A stretch of 64,000 nucleotides of DNA. Source: Helicobacteraceae bacterium (GTDB taxonomy: Bacteria > Campylobacterota > Campylobacteria > Campylobacterales > SZUA-545). Positions 1 through 9,868 of the stretch are shown piece by piece (the first letter of the stretch is position 1; every line of letters begins with the position of its first letter). The stretch spans positions 8,743-72,742 of the forward strand of contig JAITRJ010000045.1 of the NCBI GenBank assembly GCA_031288475.1, written 5' to 3'. A program made the position numbers and the translations under genes. The notes under the pieces are model-generated. The model was not told where the DNA came from. It did not search any database and saw nothing but the letters and a program-made list of their open reading frames with translations.

Positions 1-187
1 TCGACGTTTTGCGAAGGGTGCGCAACGTGGATGCCGCGACGCGTATTCTGCGTGTCGAGCCGTCCTCCAGCGAAACGCGCGCCGTCCGGAGATTGACGCC
101 GAAAACGCGTTTTTTCTTGTTGTTCGCGTGGCTGACTTTGTTGCCGATTAGACGGCTTTTACCAGTGATAGAACATTTTTTAGACAT
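1..187 (-). CDS. rpmB: 50S ribosomal protein L28 (3' end runs off window)
   Basis: Not in ORF track. Manual translation from ATG at 187 gives MSKKCSITGKSRLIGNKVSHANNKKKRVFGVNLRTARVSLEDGSTRRIRVAASTLRTLRK, with the L28 signature GNxVSHANN and an AAGGA RBS. Confidence 0.95.
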   Translation of the reverse strand, partial: MSKKCSITGKSRLIGNKVSHANNKKKRVFGVNLRTARVSLEDGSTRRIRVAASTLRTLRKTS

Positions 188-210
188 ACGTTATCCTTCT
201 GAAAAAATTG

Positions 211-221
211 CGCGGATTATA
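211..221 (-). promoter_or_regulatory. sigma70 -10 box with GC-rich discriminator for rpmB
   Basis: Minus strand reads TATAATCCGCG about 25 nt upstream of the rpmB ATG. Confidence 0.6.
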
Positions 222-241
222 CCCGCCTTCACTTTAGCCGA

Positions 242-979
242 TCAGGGGGTGATCTTTTTTTTGATCAGCTTGCCCCTGACATCGCCAAAGAGAAATGTGT
301 CCTTCAAAACGGCGTATTTTACGATGTTGTCTTCGTCAAGATTGACGTAGAGTTCGCCTACGTCGCTGGTAAATATCTCCTGATTGAGCAGCGCCAGAAG
401 ATACGTTCCCTTCTCTTTTTTGAGCAGTTCGTTCGCGGTTTTGAGCTTTTTACCCTCCGGAATTTCAATGACAACGGGTTTTTTGGAGCCGACCGCCCTT
501 GTCTCAATCCGCTTCTCGCCGGAGGCAACAAACATCGCCGTCAGATTGTGATAAAGCGTAAGAATATCCTGCGTCGTGTAGTTCTCATCGGAAAGGACAA
601 ACGATTCGTACGTACACCGCTCTTCATGGCAATTCTCTTTGAAAGCCGTCGCGTTGTCATTTTCAAGATCAAAGAAAACGCCGAAGTATCGACTCTTTTT
701 GTCACTCTTTGTCCGGCTTTCAAATTGTTCGGGTACCAGCATACCCTTGACGACTCTTCCGGCGCTTTTGTAACGCTCCTCCCTATGTCCGGACATAACG
801 CCCGCAAAACCGGTCGCTTTAGCGTAGATGGAACTTTCGTATGTGCCGTTCTCATCTTTTTTCAGATATGCTTCCGCTTCGCCAAGCGTAAAAAAGCTGT
901 AGCTTACCTCGTACGAAGCGTATGACTCATATGCGGACGCCCAGCAGAAAGCGAAGGTAAAGATAAACAAAATACGCAT
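242..979 (-). CDS. DUF3108-like exported protein
   Basis: Signal peptide, YEVSYSFFTLGEA beta-rich N-terminus and FGDVRGKL C-terminus typical of DUF3108. Confidence 0.6.
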   Translation of the reverse strand: MRILFIFTFAFCWASAYESYASYEVSYSFFTLGEAEAYLKKDENGTYESSIYAKATGFAGVMSGHREERYKSAGRVVKGMLVPEQFESRTKSDKKSRYFGVFFDLENDNATAFKENCHEERCTYESFVLSDENYTTQDILTLYHNLTAMFVASGEKRIETRAVGSKKPVVIEIPEGKKLKTANELLKKEKGTYLLALLNQEIFTSDVGELYVNLDEDNIVKYAVLKDTFLFGDVRGKLIKKKITP

Positions 980-1008
980 AAATGATCCATTTACGATTTA
1001 AGGTTTAA

Positions 1009-1018
1009 TATAATTATA
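1009..1018. promoter_or_regulatory. Overlapping divergent -10 boxes (lpxB / DUF3108 gene)
   Basis: TATAAT at 1009-1014 on + and ATTATA at 1013-1018 (TATAAT on -) in an AT-rich spacer between divergent genes. Confidence 0.5.
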
Positions 1019-1040
1019 CATCAATGAAGGCGGCGGTTAT

Positions 1041-2081
1041 ATGAAACTTCTGATCAGCGCGTTGGAACCATCGGCGAATCTGCACCTCAAGCCGCTTTTT
1101 GATCGGCTTGGAGAAGTGGAGATCGAGGGAATTTTCAGTCGATCGTTCGGTTCGCCGCTCTTTGACAGCGCGGAATTCGGCGCTATGGGTTTTATTGAAG
1201 TGATCGGCAAAGTGCCGCTGGCGAAAAAAGCGCTTACGGCGCTTACGAAAAAAGCGGCGGAGTGCGATCTTGCGCTGCTTATTGATTCTCCCGCATTTAA
1301 CATTCCGCTCGCCAGGGCGATCAAAAGAGAGTATCCGCGCAAAAGGATCGTCTATTACGTGCTGCCGCAGGTGTGGGCGTGGAAGGCAAAGCGCGTTCCA
1401 GTGGTCGAGGCGGCAACCGATATTCAGGCGGCTATCCTGCCTTTTGAGAAGGAGTGGTGGAAAAACGGCGTTTATGTGGGGCATCCGCTTATGGAGGAGA
1501 TCGCGCGGTTTAAGGAGAGCGTAACGACGGAGGAGATTTACGCATTTCTGCCCGGAAGCCGCGCCGGTGAGATTGAGCGGCTCTTTCCGGTGCTGCGCGA
1601 GACGGCAGAAAGGCTAAACGGCAGAAAGCTGCTGGTCGTGCCGAAGCATTTTGACGCGCGGACGACAGCGAAACTATACGGCGACACAGGCAGCTTTGAA
1701 ATAACGCATAACGCGCACGACGCCATTTTGCAGGCGAAATTTGCCTTTGTGTGTTCCGGCACGGCGACGCTGGAGACCGCGCTTATCGGTACGCCGTTCG
1801 TGCTCTGCTACAAGGCAAAAGCGATTGACTTTGCCATCGCCAGGCGTTTTGTAAAACTTCCGTTTGTGGGGCTTTCCAATCTGATATTTCACTACGAAGG
1901 CAGACCGCGCCTTCATCCGGAGCTGCTGCAAGACAAGTGCGAAACGGACACGCTGATCGGGTGCGCGAAAGACGCCGATCCGGACGAGTTTTTGACGCGA
2001 TCGATCGAGCTTAGACATATGCTCTCAGGCAGAGAGTACCACATAGCCGATCTGATCAGAGAACAGGCAGGCGGCAGGTGA
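1041..2081 (+). CDS. lpxB: Lipid-A-disaccharide synthase
   Basis: SALEPSANLH, IDSPAFN, PQVWAWK, YVGHPL, LPGSR and SGTATLE motifs. Confidence 0.95.
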   Translation: MKLLISALEPSANLHLKPLFDRLGEVEIEGIFSRSFGSPLFDSAEFGAMGFIEVIGKVPLAKKALTALTKKAAECDLALLIDSPAFNIPLARAIKREYPRKRIVYYVLPQVWAWKAKRVPVVEAATDIQAAILPFEKEWWKNGVYVGHPLMEEIARFKESVTTEEIYAFLPGSRAGEIERLFPVLRETAERLNGRKLLVVPKHFDARTTAKLYGDTGSFEITHNAHDAILQAKFAFVCSGTATLETALIGTPFVLCYKAKAIDFAIARRFVKLPFVGLSNLIFHYEGRPRLHPELLQDKCETDTLIGCAKDADPDEFLTRSIELRHMLSGREYHIADLIREQAGGR

Positions 2082-2136
2082 TTGCCGCGCGTATATACCG
2101 GCTGAAGGCGGACGTTAGAACGGCACGGAGGCGGCG

Positions 2137-3117
2137 ATGGCTCTAGTATCAATTATCGTTCCCGTTTACAACACTGAAAAGTACCTTAAAAAATCACTGG
2201 ACAGCTTATCCAATCAAACACTGAAGGATATAGAGATTATCTGCATAGACGACGGTTCTACGGACGGTTCGCCGGAGATCTTGCGCGAACGGGCGGAAAA
2301 AGACGGGCGCTTTATCGTTATCACTGAGCCAAACAGCGGCCAGGGAACCGCCAGAAACAGAGGGATTGATATATCGACGGGAGAATATATAGGCTTTGTC
2401 GATTCCGACGATCTGGTTTCAAACGACTATTTTGAGATTTTATACTCCAACGCCGTACGGCTCAAAGCCGATATTTCCGCCACAAACAACCCTGTACATC
2501 TCTATGAAAACGGCGGTTTGGAGAAGATGAGAATAAACTATTTCCCCGTTCCAAAAAGCGGTACAATAGAGACGATCGGCGCAAAACAAAAGTTTATCTT
2601 AAAGGGCGCTATGATATGGAATAAGATATATCGCGCAAAACTTATAAAGGAGAATAGCATAGGTTTTTCAACCGTCGCGCGAATAGGAGAGGATAGTATC
2701 TTTGATATTCTTTCCGCCATATACGCAAACCGTATGGCGCTGACCGATAAGGCGACATACTATTATAGGCAGAGGGATAACTCCGTTACACATCATAAAA
2801 ACAGAAAAAGCCTGCTGCTCATATCCGTATACGAAGAGCTGTTAGACAGGTTTTCCTCTCTGGATATAAGCTTTATATCAAAACTCAGATGGAAACGAGC
2901 GATTCGCGCCTACGCCTTCGCCGATATGGCAAACGAAATGGGGTGTTGCGAAGAACGCCCGCGAAACGAGTTTGCATCAATCGCGCGCATAAAATTTCCG
3001 GGCTTCGGCGGAAGATCGGCGTTAAAACAGATTTTTCGCCTAACCAACGAATATCAAAACGGAAAAAAAATGAGGACGCTTATATTGTTCAACCGCAAAT
3101 TTATCTTAAAAACATGA
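2137..3117 (+). CDS. Glycosyltransferase family 2
   Basis: VSIIVPVYN, DDGSTD, FVDSDD and IGED motifs. Confidence 0.9.
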   Translation: MALVSIIVPVYNTEKYLKKSLDSLSNQTLKDIEIICIDDGSTDGSPEILRERAEKDGRFIVITEPNSGQGTARNRGIDISTGEYIGFVDSDDLVSNDYFEILYSNAVRLKADISATNNPVHLYENGGLEKMRINYFPVPKSGTIETIGAKQKFILKGAMIWNKIYRAKLIKENSIGFSTVARIGEDSIFDILSAIYANRMALTDKATYYYRQRDNSVTHHKNRKSLLLISVYEELLDRFSSLDISFISKLRWKRAIRAYAFADMANEMGCCEERPRNEFASIARIKFPGFGGRSALKQIFRLTNEYQNGKKMRTLILFNRKFILKT

Positions 3118-3127
3118 CAGACGCCGT

Positions 3128-4117
3128 ATGACGTTTGAGGTACATACGGCTATGCGCGCCGATCGTCTTGTGGCGGATCTGCTCAAGATCGGACGGAACG
3201 AAGCAAACGGACTTATAAAAAGCGGCGCGGTTTTTTTTGACGGGGTGGCGGTGAGAAAGCCTTCGGTGATCGTCGAAGCGGGCGGAAGATTATCTGTCGC
3301 GCCGATACGCAAGGCAGCGGATCAGAGAAGAAAACAGGTTGATTTCAACGTCGATATATTATACGAAGACGACGATCTGCTGGTGATCAACAAACCGCGC
3401 GGCATCGTTGTGCATGGAGCGCTCAGCGTGAAAAGCGCCACGCTTGTCGATTGGCTAAAGGCAAAAGGAATCGCCCTTTCAAACATATCGGGAGAGGATC
3501 GGATGGGTATCGTTCACCGAATAGATAAAGAAACTACCGGCGCGCTGCTTATAGCCAAGAGCAACGACGCGCATAGAGCGTTAAGCCGGCAGTTGGAAAA
3601 GCGCGAGATGGGGCGCTACTACATAGCGGCGATTGATCGGCGGCTTAAAAACGACGTTATCGTGGATAAACCGATAGCGCGCCACCGTACAATCCGCGTT
3701 AAGATGACAACCGCGAAGATTGGCAGAGAGGCAAAGAGCGCGTTTATCCGCCTCGCCGATTTAAGCGGCGGAAGATCGCTGATCGCCTGCAAGCTCTTCA
3801 GCGGCAGGACGCATCAGATACGAACGCATCTGCAATCGATCGGAGCGCATATTATCGGCGATAGTTTATATGGTTATAATTCCTCATCGGCGGGCGGCGT
3901 TTTGCCGATATTTCTGCATGCCTACCTGCTGTATTTCAGACATCCTAAAAGCGGAGAGGCTACGCGCGTGAAAGCGCCGCTGACCGCGCATTTTGAGGAG
4001 CTTTTAAACGAACTTGGAGAAAAGAAAGATGAAATTTTGGAAGTTGAGCGCATTGAGCGTGGTTTTAACGTTCTTTGCGGGCTGCATAATGCAGCCGAAG
4101 GCGCCGGCGGAACGTAA
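3128..4117 (+). CDS. rluD: RluA/RluD-family 23S rRNA pseudouridine synthase
   Basis: S4-like N-terminus, INKPRG, HRIDKETTG catalytic motif, GRTHQIR and GDSLYG. Confidence 0.85.
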   Translation: MTFEVHTAMRADRLVADLLKIGRNEANGLIKSGAVFFDGVAVRKPSVIVEAGGRLSVAPIRKAADQRRKQVDFNVDILYEDDDLLVINKPRGIVVHGALSVKSATLVDWLKAKGIALSNISGEDRMGIVHRIDKETTGALLIAKSNDAHRALSRQLEKREMGRYYIAAIDRRLKNDVIVDKPIARHRTIRVKMTTAKIGREAKSAFIRLADLSGGRSLIACKLFSGRTHQIRTHLQSIGAHIIGDSLYGYNSSSAGGVLPIFLHAYLLYFRHPKSGEATRVKAPLTAHFEELLNELGEKKDEILEVERIERGFNVLCGLHNAAEGAGGT

Positions 4118-4994
4118 GATTGACGCTGCCCTGGAGCGCGTCTCTGAAGTGCTGGCGATGAGCGATCGCAACGCGGTGGCGTTTGAGTGGAAGGCAATCA
4201 GCGATCCGCAAATCGCGGGCTTTATCGTCTACCGCGGCGAGCCTGGCATGATGTTGACACAGGTTGGGGTTACCGGCTCCCGTTTTAATACGCACTACGT
4301 GGATACGAAGGATCTGCTTGAGGGACATCAGTATATCTACCGCATTTCAAGCTTTACAGCCGATGGCAGAGAGTCTGATCCCAGCCCGAATGTTACGGCA
4401 AACACGATTTCTAAGCTGGAGCCGGTCGGAATCGTCGCCGGCGTTTCAAATCTGCCTAAGACTGCGAAGCTGATCTTCCGTCCGCACCCAAACGAGCGCG
4501 TAAGCGGCTACAGGATCGAACGGCGGGATAAAAGGAATTCCGGGTGGAAGGCGATTGAAACGCTGAAAGGCAGGCTTAACGCCGAGTTTATTGATACGCC
4601 GCTTGAGGACGGAACGGAATACGAGTATCGCGTAATTGTCGTTTCGCACGATAATCTGGTGTCGCTTCCAAGCGAAACGGTGCGGGTTACAACCAAGCAG
4701 CGCCCGCCAACGGTCGGCGGTTTAACGGCGACAACGGATAGAAACGGCGCAATCGAAATCTCGTGGAAGCGTCTTCCAAACGACGGGGAGGGGGCGTACA
4801 GACTCTACGCAAGCAGCCGCGAATCGGGCGGCTACGGCGTGATCGACGAGGTAAGAGCGGTGAGCGGCGCTGTGGAGAAATTTGAAAAGGGGGCGATTGA
4901 ACGCTTCTACAAGGTTACTTTTATCGATCATGACGGGCTGGAATCGGCGCTGCAGGATCGAGGGGCGCGCGGAGCGACGCTTTCCGAGAAGTAG
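4029..4994 (+). CDS. Fibronectin type III domain lipoprotein (FlpA-like)
   Basis: Lipobox FAGC after MKFWK (ATG 4029), FN3 repeats (Y-x-Y-R-I/V), and Campylobacter-like rluD-flpA-trmB-ftsEX order. Confidence 0.8.
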   Translation: MKFWKLSALSVVLTFFAGCIMQPKAPAERKIDAALERVSEVLAMSDRNAVAFEWKAISDPQIAGFIVYRGEPGMMLTQVGVTGSRFNTHYVDTKDLLEGHQYIYRISSFTADGRESDPSPNVTANTISKLEPVGIVAGVSNLPKTAKLIFRPHPNERVSGYRIERRDKRNSGWKAIETLKGRLNAEFIDTPLEDGTEYEYRVIVVSHDNLVSLPSETVRVTTKQRPPTVGGLTATTDRNGAIEISWKRLPNDGEGAYRLYASSRESGGYGVIDEVRAVSGAVEKFEKGAIERFYKVTFIDHDGLESALQDRGARGATLSEK

Positions 4995-4996
4995 AT

Positions 4997-6148
4997 ATGC
5001 CGCATCTGATCGTCCAGCGCTTCACTCCGTTTAATACGCCACTTGGCGAAAACGGAGCGGTGTTTACGTTCTGTTCGGGCGGAGACGAAGGGATCTGCGG
5101 CGTGGAAATGGCAGACAGAAAGTTTCTGCTTCGCTGGTTTCGCCACGAAAAGGGAACGATTCTCAAAGCGGATAAAACGACAAGACCGCCGCTTCTGAAC
5201 GTTGTAAAACACGCGCTCTCCCTTCTTGCTGCGGCGGGGCGATCAACGGTTGTCTCACGCGGGCTGGAGGATGCGGGAATGGATATGTATCAGGCGCTTT
5301 TTGAGCCGAACATCTTTCTTGGGAATCTGTCCCCCGATCAGAGGCTTTGGATCGAGGCTGGTTTCGGCAGCGGCAGAAATATGCTGCACAACGCGAAAAC
5401 TCATCCGGATATGCTTCATCTTGGTATTGAACTGCATCGTCCCAGTGCGGAACAGCTTCTAAACCGCGCCAAACGGGAAAAGTTAAACAATGTCGCAGTG
5501 ATTATCAGCGACGCGAGAGCGTTTATATCCGCGCTGGGGAGCGGTTCTGCAGAAAAGATTATCGTTCACTTTCCTATCCCGTGGGACGAATCGCCAAAAC
5601 GCAGAGTCTTTACCGATTCGTTTGTCGCTCAATCGCTGAGAGTATTAAAAAAAGACGGTGTTCTGGAATTGCGTACAGACAATGAATTTTATCTGCAATA
5701 TGCTCAGGATTTATTAAAAGATATTAAAGAGATCAAAATAGAAAGCCGTAAAAACGCCGAAGCGGCGGTCTCCAGTAAATACGAGGATCGCTGGAAGAGA
5801 GAAAGCAGGGACATTTATGATCTTGTCGTTACAAATCTGAGCGAATCTGAAGCCGCCGGTGTACGCTGTGATTTTTCCTTTAAAAAAACGGTCTCTGACG
5901 AGACAGCGATAGAACGATTATCAAACGTTTCTATCATAAACGAGAGGTTTATCGTAAAAACGCGCCATCTGTGGCGGCTGTTGGGCGGCGGCGTGTTCTT
6001 TCAGCTTGTTTTCGGCGCGATCGAATCGCCTTCCGCCATATTTTTGCTGATCAGAAAAAAGCGAGCGGAGTACTATCCGCACAATCCGCTTCAAACGGAG
6101 CAGAATTCATTATCTCACGAGGCGCTGCTGGAGGTTTTGTATGCGTAG
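4997..6148 (+). CDS. trmB: tRNA (guanine-N7)-methyltransferase
   Basis: EAGFGSG, HFPIPW, ELRTD and SKYE motifs, with N- and C-terminal extensions typical of Campylobacterota. Confidence 0.9.
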   Translation: MPHLIVQRFTPFNTPLGENGAVFTFCSGGDEGICGVEMADRKFLLRWFRHEKGTILKADKTTRPPLLNVVKHALSLLAAAGRSTVVSRGLEDAGMDMYQALFEPNIFLGNLSPDQRLWIEAGFGSGRNMLHNAKTHPDMLHLGIELHRPSAEQLLNRAKREKLNNVAVIISDARAFISALGSGSAEKIIVHFPIPWDESPKRRVFTDSFVAQSLRVLKKDGVLELRTDNEFYLQYAQDLLKDIKEIKIESRKNAEAAVSSKYEDRWKRESRDIYDLVVTNLSESEAAGVRCDFSFKKTVSDETAIERLSNVSIINERFIVKTRHLWRLLGGGVFFQLVFGAIESPSAIFLLIRKKRAEYYPHNPLQTEQNSLSHEALLEVLYA

Positions 6149-6812
6149 CGCACATGTCCGCGCCAGCGGCGTTTCGCTCTTTTATAAGGAGAACGAGGTA
6201 ATCTTAAGCGAAATGAACTTCGTAATCTGCGAGGGGGATCTCATTTTCGTAACCGGTAAGAGCGGAAGCGGGAAGTCCACGCTCTTAAAGGCGCTTTACG
6301 GCGCAATAGCGCCCGCGGAAGGGACGCTTGAGGTATGCGGCACGAAACTTCCGGCAAGCAGAGAAGCCGTAATCAGCAGGCTTCGGCGCAAGTTAGGGAT
6401 CGTCTTTCAGGACTACCGTTTGATCGAGGAGTGGACGATCGAGCGCAATATCGCCCTGCCGCTGATCATCGCGGGATACGATCAAAAGCGGATCAACGAT
6501 CAGGTTGAGCGTCTGTTAAATCACGTTCGTCTCACCCATTGCAGAAACCGCTTTCCGCAGGAGCTGAGCGGCGGCGAACAGCAGCGCGCGGCGGTGGCGA
6601 GAGCGCTTTCGCACAACCCAATGCTCCTGCTTGCAGACGAACCGACCGGTAATCTTGACGACTATTCCACATCGCTGGTTCTGGAGCTTTTTTTGGCGAT
6701 AAATCAGCTTGGCAAAACGGTTGTGATCGTTACGCATAGAATGCCGCTGGATCTGCGCGTTAAATACCGTCATTTTCACATAGAAAAAGGCAGGGTTTGT
6801 GAGATCGCTTAA
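6141..6812 (+). CDS. ftsE: Cell division ABC ATPase FtsE
   Basis: [24 protein letters not shown] and DEPTGNLD; lies upstream of ftsX. Confidence 0.9.
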   Translation: MRSAHVRASGVSLFYKENEVILSEMNFVICEGDLIFVTGKSGSGKSTLLKALYGAIAPAEGTLEVCGTKLPASREAVISRLRRKLGIVFQDYRLIEEWTIERNIALPLIIAGYDQKRINDQVERLLNHVRLTHCRNRFPQELSGGEQQRAAVARALSHNPMLLLADEPTGNLDDYSTSLVLELFLAINQLGKTVVIVTHRMPLDLRVKYRHFHIEKGRVCEIA

Positions 6813-7614
6813 AAACCACCTTTCACTTGTAATCGCGCTTGTTACAATCCTGATGGGCTTTCAAACGCTTGTAGCGATCACGCAGATGATCGATTACTAT
6901 GAAGAGTCTTTGAGAAACGACTACGCCATAGTGATTCTTTCCAAATCAAAACTTGAGCTGGAGACCATAAAAAAGATCATTCCATATTCAGAGCGGCTAG
7001 AAGCTGTGGATGTCGCTGATTTTTTAAGCGAGATAAAAGAGACCGTAGGAGACAGCAACTACGCGTTTATAAAGGGGGCGATGCCGTTTTTTTACCGTTT
7101 GAAATTAAATCGCTATCCTTCGATTGGGGAGCGCAATTCTATCGAAAGGGAAATATCCGCCATAAAGTCTGTTACACGCGTAGAAACCTTTGCCAAAAGC
7201 GAAAATAAAACTTATAAAATGCTGCTTCTGAGCAAACGGATACTTCTGATTTTCGCGTCGTTGATCGCCGCTGTCGCTATTCTACTGATCGTGAGGCAGA
7301 TGGAAGTTTGGCGTTATGAACACTCCAAGCGCATCGCTATAATGGCGATTTTCGGCGCTCCTTTGTGGCTTAGAAGCGCGGTTCTTTTAAAACTGGTTTT
7401 CGTAGACTCTCTCATTTCAAGCGCGGCTGTGGGCGGTTTATTTTATTATCTTTCTGCCGATTCTAGCATTAGCGTAATGATGACGGAGATGGGGCTGGCG
7501 GGTATTCGATATAACCCTCTGCTTTCAAGCCTGACGCTACTCGGATTGTCGGTGTCTGTCTCGCTGTTTTGCGCGGTTTACGTAATTTATAGCGTGAAAG
7601 AAAAAAATGAATAA
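6799..7614 (+). CDS. ftsX: Cell division permease FtsX
   Basis: Four-TM FtsX topology with IMAIFGA motif; lies between ftsE and envC. Confidence 0.85.
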   Translation: MRSLKNHLSLVIALVTILMGFQTLVAITQMIDYYEESLRNDYAIVILSKSKLELETIKKIIPYSERLEAVDVADFLSEIKETVGDSNYAFIKGAMPFFYRLKLNRYPSIGERNSIEREISAIKSVTRVETFAKSENKTYKMLLLSKRILLIFASLIAAVAILLIVRQMEVWRYEHSKRIAIMAIFGAPLWLRSAVLLKLVFVDSLISSAAVGGLFYYLSADSSISVMMTEMGLAGIRYNPLLSSLTLLGLSVSVSLFCAVYVIYSVKEKNE

Positions 7615-8836
7615 AACGATTCGTTGTCTGATCTTCTTTCTCATCAGCTTCGGCGTGGTTTCGTCCAAGACGCTCTCGGAGATAGAAGGCGAGATCGCGT
7701 CCGCTCAGCAAAATATCACAAAAAAACAAAACGATCAGGGAGCTCTGCAGAGTAAGATCGATAAGCTGTCAAAAGAGATAGTCGGCATAACGGCGGAGCT
7801 AAAACAGCTTGATAAGCAGATAGAAGCGAACAAAAAAGAGATTGACGGACTGCTTAAAATCGTAAGCGCCCAGCGTGGCGAAAGGGAACGGCTTACCAAC
7901 GAGCGCGGCAAACTGCTTGCGGAGAAAGAGCGTATTGATGGGCAGCTTGCGAATCTTCTGATGAAGCATACGGCGCAAAGCATTGTTTTAGACGGCTCCG
8001 ATACTTCAAACGAGGAGGATATTGTTAAAGAGACAATGTTTTATATAATGAAAGAGCGCGTAAAAAATGAGAGTGTTATATTAAAAACGGCGTACAATTC
8101 GGTTTCAAAGGATATTGAAGCGGTAGAATCAAAGATAGCGGCCATGCTTAAAAATCTTGACGATCTGACCGCAAGTCAGGAAGTACAGAAGGAACTTTAC
8201 AAAAAACAGACGCAACTGTTAGCGAATCTGGATAAACAAAAAAGCAGCTATCTATCACAACTGGAGACGCTGATCGATCATCAAAACCGCGAGCGTCAGC
8301 TTCTTGCCGATCTTAATATCGTTCGTCAGAAAACTGTCGATCAGATGAGGCAGGCGCAGCTTGACAACCGTGTTTGGGAGGGCGCGGACGCTCTTTCCGT
8401 CAAGCATTACGGATCATCGTTCCAAAACGCTGGCAACAGCCGCTACGACGGAAAAAAGGTTAAAGCGCCGCTGGATTCTATCCCGATCTCGATCGTTAAG
8501 GAATTCGGACCATATACCGATCCAATTTACAATATAAAAATCCACAATGATTCGGTAACGTTAAGACCAAACGACCGCGACGCTCTGGTGCGCAGCGTAT
8601 TGCCGGGCAAGGTTGTATTTGCCGACAACCTGAAACTTCTTGGGAAAGTAGTGATTATTGAGCACCGCGACAACATTCATACGATATACCGCAATCTTGA
8701 AAGCATCTCGCCGAACATAAGAATCGATCGAAGCCTTAAAGAGCGCGAATCAGTAGGCAGGGTAAACACCGAACTGGTATTTGAGGTAACAAAGGACGGA
8801 CTGCCCATCAACCCGTTGCAATTAATACTTTTATAA
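7607..8836 (+). CDS. envC: Murein hydrolase activator EnvC-like (coiled coil + degenerate M23)
   Basis: Signal peptide, long coiled coil, and C-terminal M23 fold ending INP that lacks the HxxxD/HxH zinc ligands. Confidence 0.8.
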   Translation: MNKTIRCLIFFLISFGVVSSKTLSEIEGEIASAQQNITKKQNDQGALQSKIDKLSKEIVGITAELKQLDKQIEANKKEIDGLLKIVSAQRGERERLTNERGKLLAEKERIDGQLANLLMKHTAQSIVLDGSDTSNEEDIVKETMFYIMKERVKNESVILKTAYNSVSKDIEAVESKIAAMLKNLDDLTASQEVQKELYKKQTQLLANLDKQKSSYLSQLETLIDHQNRERQLLADLNIVRQKTVDQMRQAQLDNRVWEGADALSVKHYGSSFQNAGNSRYDGKKVKAPLDSIPISIVKEFGPYTDPIYNIKIHNDSVTLRPNDRDALVRSVLPGKVVFADNLKLLGKVVIIEHRDNIHTIYRNLESISPNIRIDRSLKERESVGRVNTELVFEVTKDGLPINPLQLILL

Positions 8837-9209
8837 CGCTGTTTAACGCACGGCTTCACCTCGTGTCAGATATGGTGACGGGATCGCAAAACATAAGGCG
8901 GCGCGTCCACCCGCGCGGCGTTGTTTATCATCATTTCGTGCCACGCCGTACAGGCGGTTCTTAATAATAACGTCATAACTTGGCGAAAGCGGCGGCGATT
9001 TTTATATCGAAGCGCTCGGACGTTTACGGAAAACAACGAATTACGCCCTGTAACGACTCGCGCAAAAACTTGTACATTATTTTTGAATAGCAAAGAGTTA
9101 TAAGGCGCTATTTAGACCGCCCGCTGAAATTGAAATGCCGCTTATTCACCGCGTCCAGCCGGCGTGAGCGCGGAAAAAAACGGCGGCGGTTTGTTTGGCG
9201 ATTAAACCC

Positions 9210-9755
9210 CTACCCTCTTTTTTTGTAAAACTTAACGATTTCGCCTATATAGAAGCGATGATAGTCATTTTGCGGATACAGCTTCTCTATCGCGGGATCG
9301 AGAAAGTTGGCGGAGTTAAAATCGTCAAAGTAGATTTTCCTGCATACGATCGTCTCGATTGCCTCTTCAAAACCGATTGCGCCTTCCTCAAAAACAATCG
9401 GCGTAATCCCGGCTTTTTGGGCTTTGTCCGTATCTCGACCAGACTCGCCGCCAAAAACTTTATGCGTCTTCGCCCTCAAGTCCCTGCCAAAAAAGGTAAG
9501 CGAAAAGAGAGCGTTCGTATCAGTAAAGCTTCGCGTAAATCTTTGCGGACGAACAAAGCAGATCGCTATGGGTTTTTCCCACAGATACCCCAAAGCCCCC
9601 CACGAAGCGGTCATCGCGTTGTAATCGCCGCCGTTTCCGGCCGCGATCAGCGCCCAGTCTTTTGAAATACGACTGATAATCCCGCCTTCAAAATCCATCT
9701 CGATCCTCGCCTCTCTCCAACGAGGGGAAGCGCTGACAGTCAATTTCTGCTTCAT
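9210..9755 (-). CDS. Flavin reductase-like (flavoredoxin) protein
   Basis: NAMTASWG, VRPQRFT, SGRDTDK and DYHRFYIGEI. Start set at ATG 9755 by a GGAGG RBS and upstream TGCTATGAT extended -10 (9780-9788). Confidence 0.85.
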   Translation of the reverse strand: MKQKLTVSASPRWREARIEMDFEGGIISRISKDWALIAAGNGGDYNAMTASWGALGYLWEKPIAICFVRPQRFTRSFTDTNALFSLTFFGRDLRAKTHKVFGGESGRDTDKAQKAGITPIVFEEGAIGFEEAIETIVCRKIYFDDFNSANFLDPAIEKLYPQNDYHRFYIGEIVKFYKKRG

Positions 9756-9868
9756 CGCATCGAACCTCCACAAACGCCGATCATAGCAAAAAGAGACGGT
9801 CTGACGGTTAAACGCGGCATAGCGGCAACGCCTTTTTTGAGAGGGGCGACTCTTTTTTCCGCCAATGG

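Noticed and set aside
9-350. 113-aa + strand ORF and the many other antisense or alternate-frame ORFs in the track
   Set aside because: Shadows of real genes (here rpmB on the - strand); no motifs.
7607-8836. Active M23 endopeptidase
   Set aside because: Zinc-binding HxxxD and HxH motifs are missing, which fits an EnvC-type activator.
8837-9209. sRNA or small ORFs (8866-9093, 8921-9103) in the convergent intergenic gap
   Set aside because: No RBS, no recognisable domain, no convincing long stem and no RNA family motif.
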